DNA of 64,000 nt from Vicugna vicugna. Taxonomy: Eukaryota. Location: contig MU061544.1 of NCBI GenBank assembly GCA_013265495.1, positions 272,214 to 336,213 of the forward strand. The letters are read 5' to 3'. The notes under the pieces are model-generated. The model saw nothing but the letters and a program-made list of their open reading frames with translations, did not search any database and was not told where the DNA came from. Both the position numbers and the translations under genes were made by a program. Below, piece by piece: positions 53,091 through 64,000 of the stretch (position 1 is the first letter of the stretch; every line of letters begins with the position of its first letter).

Positions 53091-56000
53091 AGTAACTGAG
53101 AAAAGGGGGCAAAATTCATTAGAGATTGTTTTTCACATTCTTTTGTTGTATAATATTTGTTTGATTTTGTTATCAGTTTCACGTTGGCTTTGTAAGATAC
53201 ATTTGTTGTATCTTATTGTATGCTTTTTTTCTTTCACTATTCCAGGTAACTGTTCTGGGTTTTTTTTGTTGTTGTTTAGTTTCTTTTTGGGTTTTTGGGT
53301 TTTTTTTCTGAACTTGCAGAAGTAGAGATTGTAATGGAAACTCTGACTCCTTAAGGAAGTGTTTTAAATCATTGCATGCTAACTTACACATTTTGAAAAA
53401 GAATAGTAATATAGAGACTCCTCTGGAAAGATTGATTATGTCAAAAAGAGAGAATAACAATGCAAAAGATAAAAAAAAAGGACATAAAGTGGAGAAGAAA
53501 ACGTAAAAGAGGAGTAATTATAGAGAGCAGATATTTTAAAATTTATATGATGATGTAATGAGTAATATGCCAGCAGAAAGGTAAACTTAAAAAAAATGGA
53601 AACTATTTTATAAAATACTGATTAAATTGTGATTCAAGAGGAAAAAAGTCAAAAACTTGATCAGTTATAGAAACTGAATACATTTTACCATCGATCCAAA
53701 ATATACTCCCCAGACCACCTCCAACTCCTCCTGTCCTAGAGAATTAGAAAGGCTTGTTTTAAGAGTAAAAAAGGATTGTTTAGTATGCATTCTCATTAAA
53801 TCAAACGTTTTGCTGTGTAAGGTCATATATTCATGCCTATATTTCCAGCTTCAGCCCTTTTATTCCTGTACATCATATCACAGACTGCATACAAATAAGT
53901 TAAATTTTTTCATCAAATGCAAAGAAAAAAAGTTTATATTTTATTTAGTCTGTTTGACACAATGGGTTTATTACATTTACATATTATTTTATCTGCTATA
54001 TTTAGAATTTCTCTTCCCACATTATTTTTATACTTCCTTGCTATGCATTTGTAATACGAGATTTAGATAATACACAATGCAAATTTGTAACTTACTACAT
54101 TCCACTTTTTGTTTTAATCTGCAGGAATTTCAGAACCAAATTTGCGGTTCAAATTAGGTACTACAAGGACGTTTCAATGTGTATTTTTCTAGAATAACTT
54201 TCTATCTGCTGTTTTCATAGTATTTATATATTTCCTTTCCATGTTTCATTAGTATATATCATCTTTCTTAATATAACACATAATATAACACATAATATAT
54301 GTATCATTTTTCTTGTTGCAAGCCACCACAAACAGCATTTCGAATAAGAGAAGTATGTATATAAATTGAAGTGCATCCCAGAAACCCAGACTCAGCAGAA
54401 ACCTCAAAATAAAAAAATTTTAAAATAAGCCTTTATATACAGGAAGAAAAAATTGGACTAAAATTTTAACCTATTAAGCCTGGAACCTGGGTTTTTACAA
54501 AATTATTGTTAACAAACTTATTCTAAATTCTTTTCATTTTCTTTACTTTACTAAATAACTCTTATCATCCATTGCTCAACAATTAGTTTAAAATGATGAA
54601 TGCTTTTTCTGATTTTTGTGTAAATTTAAAAAACATAAGTATCGAAAATTGTGCTTTGACATTATATATGTGTGTATGTTTCCATACCTGTGCATTTTTA
54701 TATGAGCTATTTTCACATGGCAGAGGTAGCATTTTTATAGTCTTATGACATTCTGTCTTGGGCTTCTGGCTCTAAATTTCCATTTTTATGCTATTCAATT
54801 TGAGTCTATGCATTTCAGTGAAATCATCTCAAGTACTTGATACTTCCTCATTTTTAAAGAAAAATGCTCATACAAATTACTAACTACATATGGTTGGCTG
54901 CCAAGAAAGATCTAAAAGCTTTGCTGCTCCTTTCCTTGATTTATGTAGTATTATTCTTTTAACCACATCAAATTATTTCATTGATGTCTCTGGCAGAGTG
55001 TTTTTGTAAATAGCATGCGATTCACAGGGACGGAATGGATGCTCTAAGCGTGACTATATTCTGATGCGTTTGCTGATTAAGGATGCTTGACAAACCGTGT
55101 CTTGGCTGTGGTACAACCCACAGGCATTTCTGTTGCGAGAAGCAAATGACAACATCTCCGATGGTAAAAAGGCAACATGGCGCCTATATCTCCCCGACAG
55201 TAAAGCTTTCATCGCTAACGCTCAAAAGTCACAGAAAATGACATCCCAATTCGGCACAAACTCTCAGCTTTCCCAGGGCAGAATCCACAGCAAATAGGCC
55301 AATACATGAAGCACAATGGTGTAACAAAAACCGCTGTTGGGCTCTGGAAAATTATATGTTATCTCCAGCTGTTAATTGCAGGTCTGGTGCCTTTTGTTTT
55401 AATTCCAGAGATGTGCAGAAGTAGAACCCTTTATTAAACTCATCCAGTATCAATCCATGAACATCCCAATTATATGTTGTTTGTTGGTAGGAAGTCAGGT
55501 TGAACTAAGTAAGGAACATTCACCAGTAACGTGTCACTGGATATAAAAAGAAATGCATGCCAAAATCATGGTCTCCCTGAGCTGCATGGATTCTTTTCCT
55601 TGTTTTATTTCTTCACTAAATAAGCAAGTGCCTTAATTACATCCTAAATATGAGTAAACTTTTGATATGATTAAAGTCTAAACTGATTACTATTTTGTGA
55701 TTGGAAGACTCCTTCCACTATTTTTTCCTTAAGATATAAGAAATAATTCAAGTTTGCTCATTTTAGTGCCTTAAAGAACATTTTAAGTTAAAGCATTTTA
55801 ATTTCCCTTGGTCGTTCAGGGTCTAACTCACTAAGAAGCACAGTGAGTAACTTCAAGTTTTGCTTCCAAAATATGTAAAAATATTTTCGAGAGTCAAAGA
55901 GTCGTCCACCATTTCCCTCCCACGTCATGTCTTTATCATTTGGTAAAACATTACCCCTTTTAGAGTGAAAATCTGTGGTAGTTTAAACTGTAAACATCAT

Positions 56001-56288
56001 TAGCTATGGAACTGTTTTGTCCAGTTAAAAAAAAAAAAAGCACAACACTAATGTTAATATGTTTATAGATTTAAAGGATCAGTGAAAATACTTGCCAGAG
56101 AAGTAAAATGAATACAGTATGACTCACTGAAGAGATTAACACAAAAAAAGTCTTTTCCAAGTTGTTTTCATGAATTTTATACAAAGATTATATGTCAAGA
56201 TAAAATTATCTTAAAAAAAGGTAGCAAAGTAGAGTCTACAAAGAGTTCATCAAGTCAATGTAGTAGTATCATAAGCTCTATCTATTGT

Positions 56289-56446
56289 GTTTCACCTTAT
56301 AAAAAGAGAGGGGCTAGAAATAATTAGGTTTATTTGATGTTAGAGTTGTGTAGGAAGTGTTATCAAATCAGGAGAGATGTTTAACATTCCCTAGTTTAAA
56401 TCTGTATGGGGAAAATATTACTAACGTAAATATTTCAGAAACTGTA
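56289..56446 (+). repeat. 158-bp near-identical direct copy of 48893-49050 (ERV1 internal sequence)
   Basis: By-eye alignment: 2 mismatches (GTTTTACC/GTTTCACC; CTAATG/CTAACG). Confidence 0.95.
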
Positions 56447-56879
56447 ATGACTTGCTCTTGTTTGTTACACAATAATTGCATGCTATACATTCCATTTATG
56501 TTTGGGGTATTATTTGGAATCCTTATCAGTTTTTTTTTTGTATTCCTCAATTATTATGGAGAAATGGCTATAATACATTGATGTTAGTAAAGATGATAGG
56601 AATACATTTCCCTAGGATTTGGATTTTTGATATATATGTAAGGTGATATCCAAGTATACTGTGAAAATTTTTTCACACAGGAAATGAAACATCGTTTCAC
56701 AGTTTGATCATTAACAGGGAATTCGATCAAGCTGAGGAGGGGTAATGTAAATGTGATACAAGCTTGATGTACAATGAGGCAGACTGGATTATACTAACAC
56801 AAGCTGAAGCCAAACCTTAGTGTATCACGTGCATATTTTTCCACTGGGGAATTGTGGGAGACGAGCTCTTACAAACATA

Positions 56880-57528
56880 TTACAAAAAGAACAATTCTTC
56901 AAGAGAGAAGATAGCTTATAGGTTTTCAAAAGTAGCAATTTATACCATCTTTTCTGGGACCTAGACCTAGATTTCCTATTGAAAGCAGCTGTTCTGCCCC
57001 TTTCCTGCTTGCCCATTTCTGTCCTCCGCTAACCTTGGAAGAAATTAATTATAGGAATGAGATCATCAGGCGATTTAAACCGACTCCTGACTTACGTTCT
57101 CCTGAATGCACACCATGCCTTGCCTAACCTGTTGATTCTTTTCCCAGATTAAAAGAAGTAAGAATGAAGAATGAAGGAGTTAAAGAATGATTAGCTCTTC
57201 ACCCTCTACAGCCCCCTTAGCAATCCTGCAAGCAGAGCACACAGGCAAGATCACATCTGCAGTCAGGCAGCCATTGAGTCTACACACAATGGAGGATAAG
57301 GCAGAATCCAACCTCCTGCCTTGACAATTCACTGAGTTTCCTCCCCTCCTTTTCCCTTTAAAAACTGTCATGGTTGAGCAGAATCTTCATAGTTGCTCTC
57401 TGGACATGAGTCCAACTTCTCCCCAGATTGCTGGCTTTTCTGATTAAAGCACAGTTTCTTTCTATTGATACTTGCCTCTCGATTATTGACTTTGGAGTGG
57501 CGAGCAACCGAACCTGAGTTCAGTAACA
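56880..57528 (+). mobile_element. MER41-related ERV1 solo LTR (5' boundary uncertain)
   Basis: CCCTTTAAAAAC...TTGCTGGCTTTTCTGATTAAAGC...GGCGAGCAACCGAACCTGAGTTCAGTAACA end. Confidence 0.75.
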
Positions 57529-57578
57529 CTATGCACTATTGAAAGCACGATTTTGATCACCGTTCTCAGTTTTCTTAC

Positions 57579-57692
57579 CTGGTACTCTCTGCACTTGATC
57601 TGCAGTTCAGCAGCTCCACAAATGATCTTTTTCTGGTCTCAGTTAAATGACAGTAAGGCCGAGTCTTATTTTCATCATTCTTCATTTTTTGC
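57579..57692 (-). other. Candidate internal exon (114 nt) of an unidentified minus-strand transcript
   Basis: Acceptor TGTGTTTGTTTTCATAG|G and donor CAG|GTAAGA; apparently non-repeat; one open frame QKMKNDENKTRPYCHLTETRKRSFVELLNCRSSAEST, not recognised. Confidence 0.45.
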
Positions 57693-58187
57693 CTATGAAA
57701 ACAAACACAGGACATTTGAACAGATTCTGGATGGAAGCCAATTTTTATAATGTCTGGGGTTTTCACTGCCTGGGTATTTTCTGAATTAAAGGGATGGAGT
57801 TAAAGTCACAAAAAAGTTGACTTAAGACCTTATAGCACAGCATACAAAGACTATTCAAATATTTGATGAGGTTTAATGTAAAACAAGATAAAATGTCAGG
57901 AATTAATTAATCTGTGCAGATTCAACAAAATGCCAAAAAGATGTAAAACTATTTACTTTTTACTTTAGTAAAAGACAGGAAAGAGAATATCAATCCGTTT
58001 GATCTGCTCAGCATAACCAAAAAAGTTCTTAAAAATCTGATGAGATGAGCTCTATAATAAGTTCGAAATTACTAAAATTGTTCTACCGGAAATTACATAT
58101 CCCACTCCCAGGGATATTACTGTACATGTGGTTTCTGTTTGGAAATGGAACAAGAAGCCGTTCCACAAACAGGATTCTGCAATGACA

Positions 58188-58420
58188 TTCATTCACATAT
58201 TCATTCATGGAACAAAGATTTCTTAAGCATTTCTAGTGGCCAAATGATGTGATAGGCTTTGAGGAGGCAGTAGTAGATACAACATAGTTCCTGCTTTTCA
58301 AGTGCTTAGATCTGGGGAGAGAGATAAGCAAAGAGAGAATCCTGGAAGAGTGTGAGAACCATGATGCAAGTAAGTACTAAATAGTAGGATAGTGCATGAG
58401 AAGGTATCCAACCCAGTTTG
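58188..58420 (-). mobile_element. L2 3' end
   Basis: CATTCATTCAC...CATAGTTCCTGCTTTTCAAGTGCTTAGATCTGGGG. Confidence 0.65.
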
Positions 58421-59449
58421 AATAAAGGTTCCACAGTTTGTACAACCCTTTTGGGAAAATGCCAAAACAAACACAACAACATTGCTCATGCACAGAGCAT
58501 GAGCCAAGCTATAAGAAACAAAGATGAGTAGAGCTGTCTTTTGGTAGAGCTGTTAGTAAAATTACACATGACTTAAAGCTTGGCTTAACATAATAGAGAA
58601 AAATCACTAAAACATTTCACAGCAAAGAAATAAAAAACAAAAAACCTCAAACTGCAGAGGGCACTTAGTATCAGCAATTTGCAATATGTAAACATAGTTA
58701 AGTGGCACTAAATGGTCTTATTTATTTTATTTACAGCATTTATATAAAATTTCAGTGTGAGCAATTGCTGTGTAAGTTTAGTGGTAGACCTCAATCTCAC
58801 ACATATTTCTGCCATTCACAATTAGTACTTACATCACGTAATTCACTTTGGCTTACAGTGTTGGAATAAGAAGATATAATGAAGGCATGAAATGGAAAAT
58901 AGAATTAAAATTTGAGAAGTATTTTAAAAGCGAACATAATCAGTGTAAAATAAGATTTTTACTCTCTAGGTTTGCACAGAGTAATGAAACATAGCCAGAC
59001 AAACAATAGATAAGAGGCTGTCAATTTCCATTATCAAAAGCATTGGTGCAGAAGGTTTGAGAGGTTCCTGGAAGTGTGAGTGTTGGATGTGGGGTCAAGG
59101 GTCCAGTTTTGTGAAGACAGTCTCCCACATGGATGATACAAATTGGAAATAGTTCCCCTATATTATTTCCCATTGTTTAAAAATCCATCATGAGAAATGA
59201 ATTTATTTCCATCTATAAGTGTTTTCAATCAGACATCCTCCACTGAAGAGAAAATATCTGTGGAAACAGAAACATCTTAAGCTACTTCGTCAGAATTAAG
59301 TGTCTACAGTCTCGTGGTTAGAGGAGCTGCAGAAGGAGAAGGGCTGAGTAGAAACAGGTTCAAAGGACTGTGGTAGGGGCAAGAGGATTTCTACATCCTA
59401 TTTCATTAACAATAATTCCATTTATTTAATACCTAATTCTTAATACATA

Positions 59450-59645
59450 TCAGAATCTTCTATGTGAAATTGTTATTTAATCTTCTAAGTATCCAAAGTT
59501 GGCAGTGTTGCCTTTTTGTTACAAATGAGAAAGTGGAGGCTTAGAAGTTATAGAAATTGTCCAAATTCACAGAGCTAACAATGGCCAAAGTGAGATTCAG
59601 ATCTGCTATCCTTTTGTTTGCAAATACTGTAGCTTTTTAACATGC
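59450..59645 (-). mobile_element. MIR
   Basis: TTACAAATGAGAAAGTGGAGGCTTAGAAG...TGTCCAAATTCACAGAGCTAA. Confidence 0.7.
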
Positions 59646-60723
59646 TAGTAGGAATAAAACATGGGTATCTGCCCAGATCATCTTCCCGGTTTAACTCTTT
59701 TGTCCCATGTACTCCAAGGATCCCTAATTCCATAGCCAGCCCAGATGACATTTTCCTTGAGGGAATGCCAGCACAATGCTGCTGTCATGTAGATGAATCA
59801 TGACATAATCTCTCTGAAAATTAAGAAAAAAGCCAGGCTCTTATGACCTGTGTCACGGAAAGTCAGACAAAACATATCCTTGGGCAGACAGTTTATAGAA
59901 AGAAGTAATCAGGAAGCAAACTTCACAGAGACAAGTCCTTCAAGTCTTTGAGTCACTGCGTCAGAGATCTTCTGGGACAAAAAAAACAAAAAACAAACAA
60001 ACAAACAAAAAACAAACCCTAAAAGCAAACAAAACCAAAAAGCCTAATGGTATCCAGATTATTTTACCAGAATGAAAATATTCTCACAGAAACTAAGGGC
60101 AGCTGGCTTGTTTTGTCTCCAGGTTTCCATTCCTATTTTGTTGGCTCTATCACCTCTGCTTTACCCAAGTTTGACCCAAGTTGAGTTCTACAGAACTTTA
60201 GTCCTGCCATATTCTCTGAAAAGAACCACACGTGTGCATGTGTACGCACACATGCACACAGACACATATACACACCCTGTGGCCAAAAAACTAGTTTGGG
60301 AAATTTTCCCCTATTCCCCTTTTGGAGATTCATAGAAAGTCAAATTAGTCATTTTAAACAGAACATTTCCTAAACATTTTTGACCACTGAATTATTTTTG
60401 TTTGTTTCTAATAATGCCTATTAACCTATAGAAATAATTTTCTGATTAATATGCTTTGGGAAATCTATACTACAGCAATGACTTACAGTTTTTCCACTCA
60501 CTAGAGCCCTCCTATTATTTTTACCACTTAGATCTCATGTTTTGATTTTCACTGTTGTCCTTAGAAAATTTCTTGAAGGACTACAGTTAGATTTTTTGAA
60601 ATACTGACAGGCGACCAATCCCACAGACCCTCACTACTCTTTACAGAGTTTCTTTGAGTTACAGATTTGAAACTGGGAATCACTATTCTAAGAAGGAACT
60701 GCTTGTTAAGAAGACTCAATTCA

Positions 60724-60797
60724 AGGATCTACCGTATAGCACAGGGAACTATATTCAATATCTTGTAATAAGCCTATAACAGAACAGAATCTGGAAA

Positions 60798-60831
<34 letters not shown>

Positions 60832-60887
60832 CTGAATCACTTTGCTTTACACCTGAAACACTGTAAATCAACTTCGACTAAAAACAT
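60724..60887 (+). mobile_element. Cetartiodactyl-type L1 3' end with internal (TA)n
   Basis: TATAGCACAGGGAACTATATTCAATATCTTGTAATAA; 13-bp TSD AAGACTCAATTCA (60711-60723 / 60888-60900). Confidence 0.92.
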
Positions 60888-61060
60888 AAGACTCAATTCA
60901 TTACTGTCATATTTAGTTCTTTCATAGTTAGACAACCATCACCATATCCTTAGCATGTTTTACTAAGCCTACAGAAGCATGAGAGTACTGCAACTTTCAA
61001 TGTCCCAGGGATGTCCCCGTTTTCAGGAAGTATCAGTGTAGACAGGAGGGGGGTCCATTT

Positions 61061-61283
61061 CTTTTTAATTTAGTTTATTGAAGTGTAGCTGATTTACAAT
61101 GCTAGTTTCAAGTGTACAGCAAAGCAATTCAGTTACACATACACATACATTTTTTTAAATCCATTATATTATAAGAAATTGAATATAGTTCCCTGTGCTA
61201 TACTGTAGGCCCTTGTTGTTTACCTGTTTTATATATAGTAGTGTGTATCTGTTAATCCCAAACTCCTAATTTAACCCTCCCCT
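61061..61283 (-). mobile_element. Cetartiodactyl-type L1 3' end
   Basis: TTGAATATAGTTCCCTGTGCTATAC; imperfect TSD GAGGGGGGTCCATTT / GAGGGGCTCCATTT. Confidence 0.9.
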
Positions 61284-61963
61284 GAGGGGCTCCATTTTCA
61301 TCTTCATCAGGTAATCCATCTTCTGTGCTCTCTGTCTTTTCTGCTAGCCTAGACAAGGATTTGGCATCTGGCATAAGTGAGTCACACACAAATGACCAAG
61401 AGGACTTTTTGTGGTATCCATTATTCAAAATTTAAAGGAAAACCTTTATCTTGGATCTGAAAGCTTTTACTGAGTTCTGTATTTTTCTGTGTCCCAGTTT
61501 TGAAAATAGAAATGACATCTCTGAATTTGAAACAGTAAAAATTAATAGGTACTTAATAACATACTTTTATATATCTACTACAATATTATTAAATTTATGG
61601 GTCCTTTTGCTAGTTTGCTTTTGTTTTCTATCTGCCTCTGTTGGCTTATGACTCAACAGATATAGTACTTGCTTTTCTTAATTGCTATGAACTGGATACA
61701 CGACACACACATCCTAACAATAATTTTACTATACTTCTCACAATGTTCTAAAGTAATGGAAAATTTGTTTGGCTAACTAAAATATCAATGTGTTGTACAA
61801 ACTAAATCCAGGAAATATTCAGAAGGGATTTTAAATCTGTTAAAGCATAAACACGTTTTGGAAAGTATCTCATATCTATGTTCCCCAAAAGGAAGAGCAA
61901 TGAGCCCAATAATTAAAGCAAAACACCAAATGGCAATGACCACACACACAAACACTGACTCAC

Positions 61964-62145
61964 CGTTTCCCCCAAACATACACATATGCACACTTTAGCT
62001 GAAAGCCAGATGTTCCCAGAGAGTGTCACCAGACACCTTCACACCTTCATTATTTGTTTGAAAGATACTTGTTGAGTGGCATTGAAAAGACAGAGTAAGG
62101 ACATGAGATGCTAATATCTATGCAGGATGTGTGAGCTGGAATATT
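61964..62145 (-). other. Candidate non-coding exon (182 nt) of an unidentified minus-strand transcript
   Basis: Acceptor CCTTTTTGTTTATCTCTGTTTTAACAG|A and donor ACG|GTGAGT; stops in all three frames. Confidence 0.4.
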
Positions 62146-62173
62146 CTGTTAAAACAGAGATAAACAAAAAGGC

Positions 62174-62654
62174 TGATGGGGTTCAGAGTATCTCGTCCCA
62201 GAATATGCCACTTTTTGACATGTGGATCATTTTGAGCTGAAAATGATTAAGGTCCAATATATTGAAAAGAGCTTTTTTACCTTCCCCTTAACTGCCTAAA
62301 TAATTCAGATAGGGGGCTTATACCTGGAAGAGAGCTATTACCAAATATAACTTTTTTTGCATAAGAAAGACCACTCTGCATGACATGGCCAACATTTGTT
62401 TACCAAACTTCTGCTCTTCCCTTCTCCCTAGGAATTGTCTTCATTCACTTCGAAGTCTCGGACCCCTACCCTCTTCTCCTTAGCTCAGGATGGTGTGTAA
62501 ACCTCAATTACCTGACTGCCAGGGAGCCTCTTATCTTTGGGAGTCCCAAATGTGCAAAAGTAACTGTTTTTCTCCTGTTAACCTGTTTTATGTCAATTTA
62601 ATTACTAGACCAGCCGAAGAATCTAGAAGAAGGGAAGAGTTTTCCTCCCCTACA
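62174..62654 (+). mobile_element. MER34-like ERV1 solo LTR
   Basis: TG...CA termini (TGATGGGG / CCCCTACA); exact 4-bp TSD AGGC (62170-62173 / 62655-62658). Confidence 0.9.
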
Positions 62655-62685
62655 AGGCTGATGTGCAGACTTGTTTGGTTAGCAG

Positions 62686-63146
62686 TGTGAAATAAAATTC
62701 ATATTTTATGGCAAGACACGAAAAATTTAAACATAAAAAAATTCTTTGCTGCCCTTTGGCTTCCTCTCTCCACCACTGTGCACTGGGCATGTGCATTATG
62801 CACCAAACGTCTCCAATCAGCAGGAATACCTGTGCAACCATAAGGAGCAACATGCTCCTAGCATCAAGACAACTTCTTAAAAGGTAACATTCCTTCTTGA
62901 TCCTGTGAGGGATCACATGACCCACCAGAATGACGCTTAGATCTGGATAACCTAAACTGTCAATAATACGTCATTTGATGTATAGCCCTCTGTCTCAACA
63001 ACTTATATAACTGTGCTTTGACTTCTAACCAGCAGAACAGTTCTCAGAGCTTTCTGAGATGCTTTTCATGGTTATAATCCTCAAATTTGGCTCAAATAAA
63101 ATTTTCCATTTCTTTCTTAGATTGACTGATTAATTTTTCATCAACA
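62686..63146 (+). mobile_element. ERV1-class solo LTR
   Basis: TGTGAAATAAAA start, TATATAA box ~63004, AATAAA ~63095, ends CATCAACA; TSD not clean. Confidence 0.75.
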
Positions 63147-63841
63147 ATAGTCTGACAATTTTAGTTTAATTGTGGGATGCACTAATTGTTCATTTAACTA
63201 TATCAGCTGCCAAAATCACCTTGCTTTGGAAGAATGCTGTCAGATGTTCTTAGCAGCTTATATTCCAAGATTATTTTGACAATGCACATGAATATGTTTT
63301 ATTTTTATTCTCTATTCTATCTGAATATTTGCCATAATTATTCTTACTTTTTACATATAAAATGATATTACTTCTTGAAAACTGCTTAGGTAAATCGACA
63401 TTCCTTTGATAATTCCCTTATCACATTCTCTTTGTTAAAAACCTTTACAATATGTCTTCTCCTTGACAATACTGTAGAAAAGGAAGAGGAGGAAATCTTC
63501 CTTTCTCACTCAGGGTTTAGAAGGAGTTTAAGGAAACAAAAAATAATTTTAAAAATAAAATGCTTCTCACAGTTCTTCATATATAATCTATTAAATATCA
63601 ATCAGATACATAAATTTATACACAGGTAATTATTTTCATTAAAGTCAGACTTGGGGATCTTAATACTGAATTCGGTATTATTGTGGCTTCTTTATGTTTT
63701 CTTTTTCTTAACATTTTTCTTTTGTTATCCATACCTTCCAATAAAAAATGTAATACTGTATACAGATTAAACAATGTACTTTGAGCCCATTTTATCCATG
63801 AACATATTTTTTTTAAATAGCAAGAAATTATTATTTGATAT

Positions 63842-64000
63842 TGAAGGAGAGCAGAATGTACTTCCACCAAATATACCTCTTTGGTGTAAGGGTCATTTTA
63901 AAGAAACAGATCATGTAGGAAAAGCTCTAAAAATTGATAGAAGTTATCCTTTTGTTAGAGACATTTACATCTATAAGGGAAATCTCCATTTGTAAGGGTG
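63842..64000 (+). mobile_element. MER34-type LTR 5' part (runs off the window)
   Basis: TGAAGGAGAGCAGAATGTACTTCCACCAAATATACCTCTTTGG...AGGGAAATCTCCATTTGTAAGGGTG. Confidence 0.75.

Noticed and set aside
1..64000. CRISPR arrays, prokaryotic operons or defence systems
   Set aside because: The sequence is mammalian and repeat-rich; there are no regularly spaced direct repeats and no dense ORFs

Overview
AT-rich mammalian genomic DNA, most likely camelid (five Vic-1-type tRNA-derived SINEs plus cetartiodactyl/camelid-type L1 3' ends). I recognise no protein-coding gene, RNA gene or CRISPR array. Well over half the window is transposon-derived: L1, L2, MIR, hAT/Tigger MITEs, MaLR/ERVL/ERV1 LTRs and internal fragments. 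Repeat family names come from my recollection of consensus sequences, not from a database search; boundaries without a stated TSD are approximate. Points worth follow-up: (1) a ~2 kb fossil Ty3/Gypsy pol (RNase H plus DDE integrase) on the minus strand; (2) a strong plus-strand bias of LTR elements together with well-formed minus-strand exon candidates, suggesting a spliced minus-strand transcript, possibly a lncRNA; (3) a 158-bp near-identical copy of ERV sequence pasted 7.4 kb away; (4) a young L1 with 261 bp replaced by a 130-bp foreign fragment; (5) a CpG-rich unique island with a YY1-like site. Nothing here is demonstrably a new biological system.
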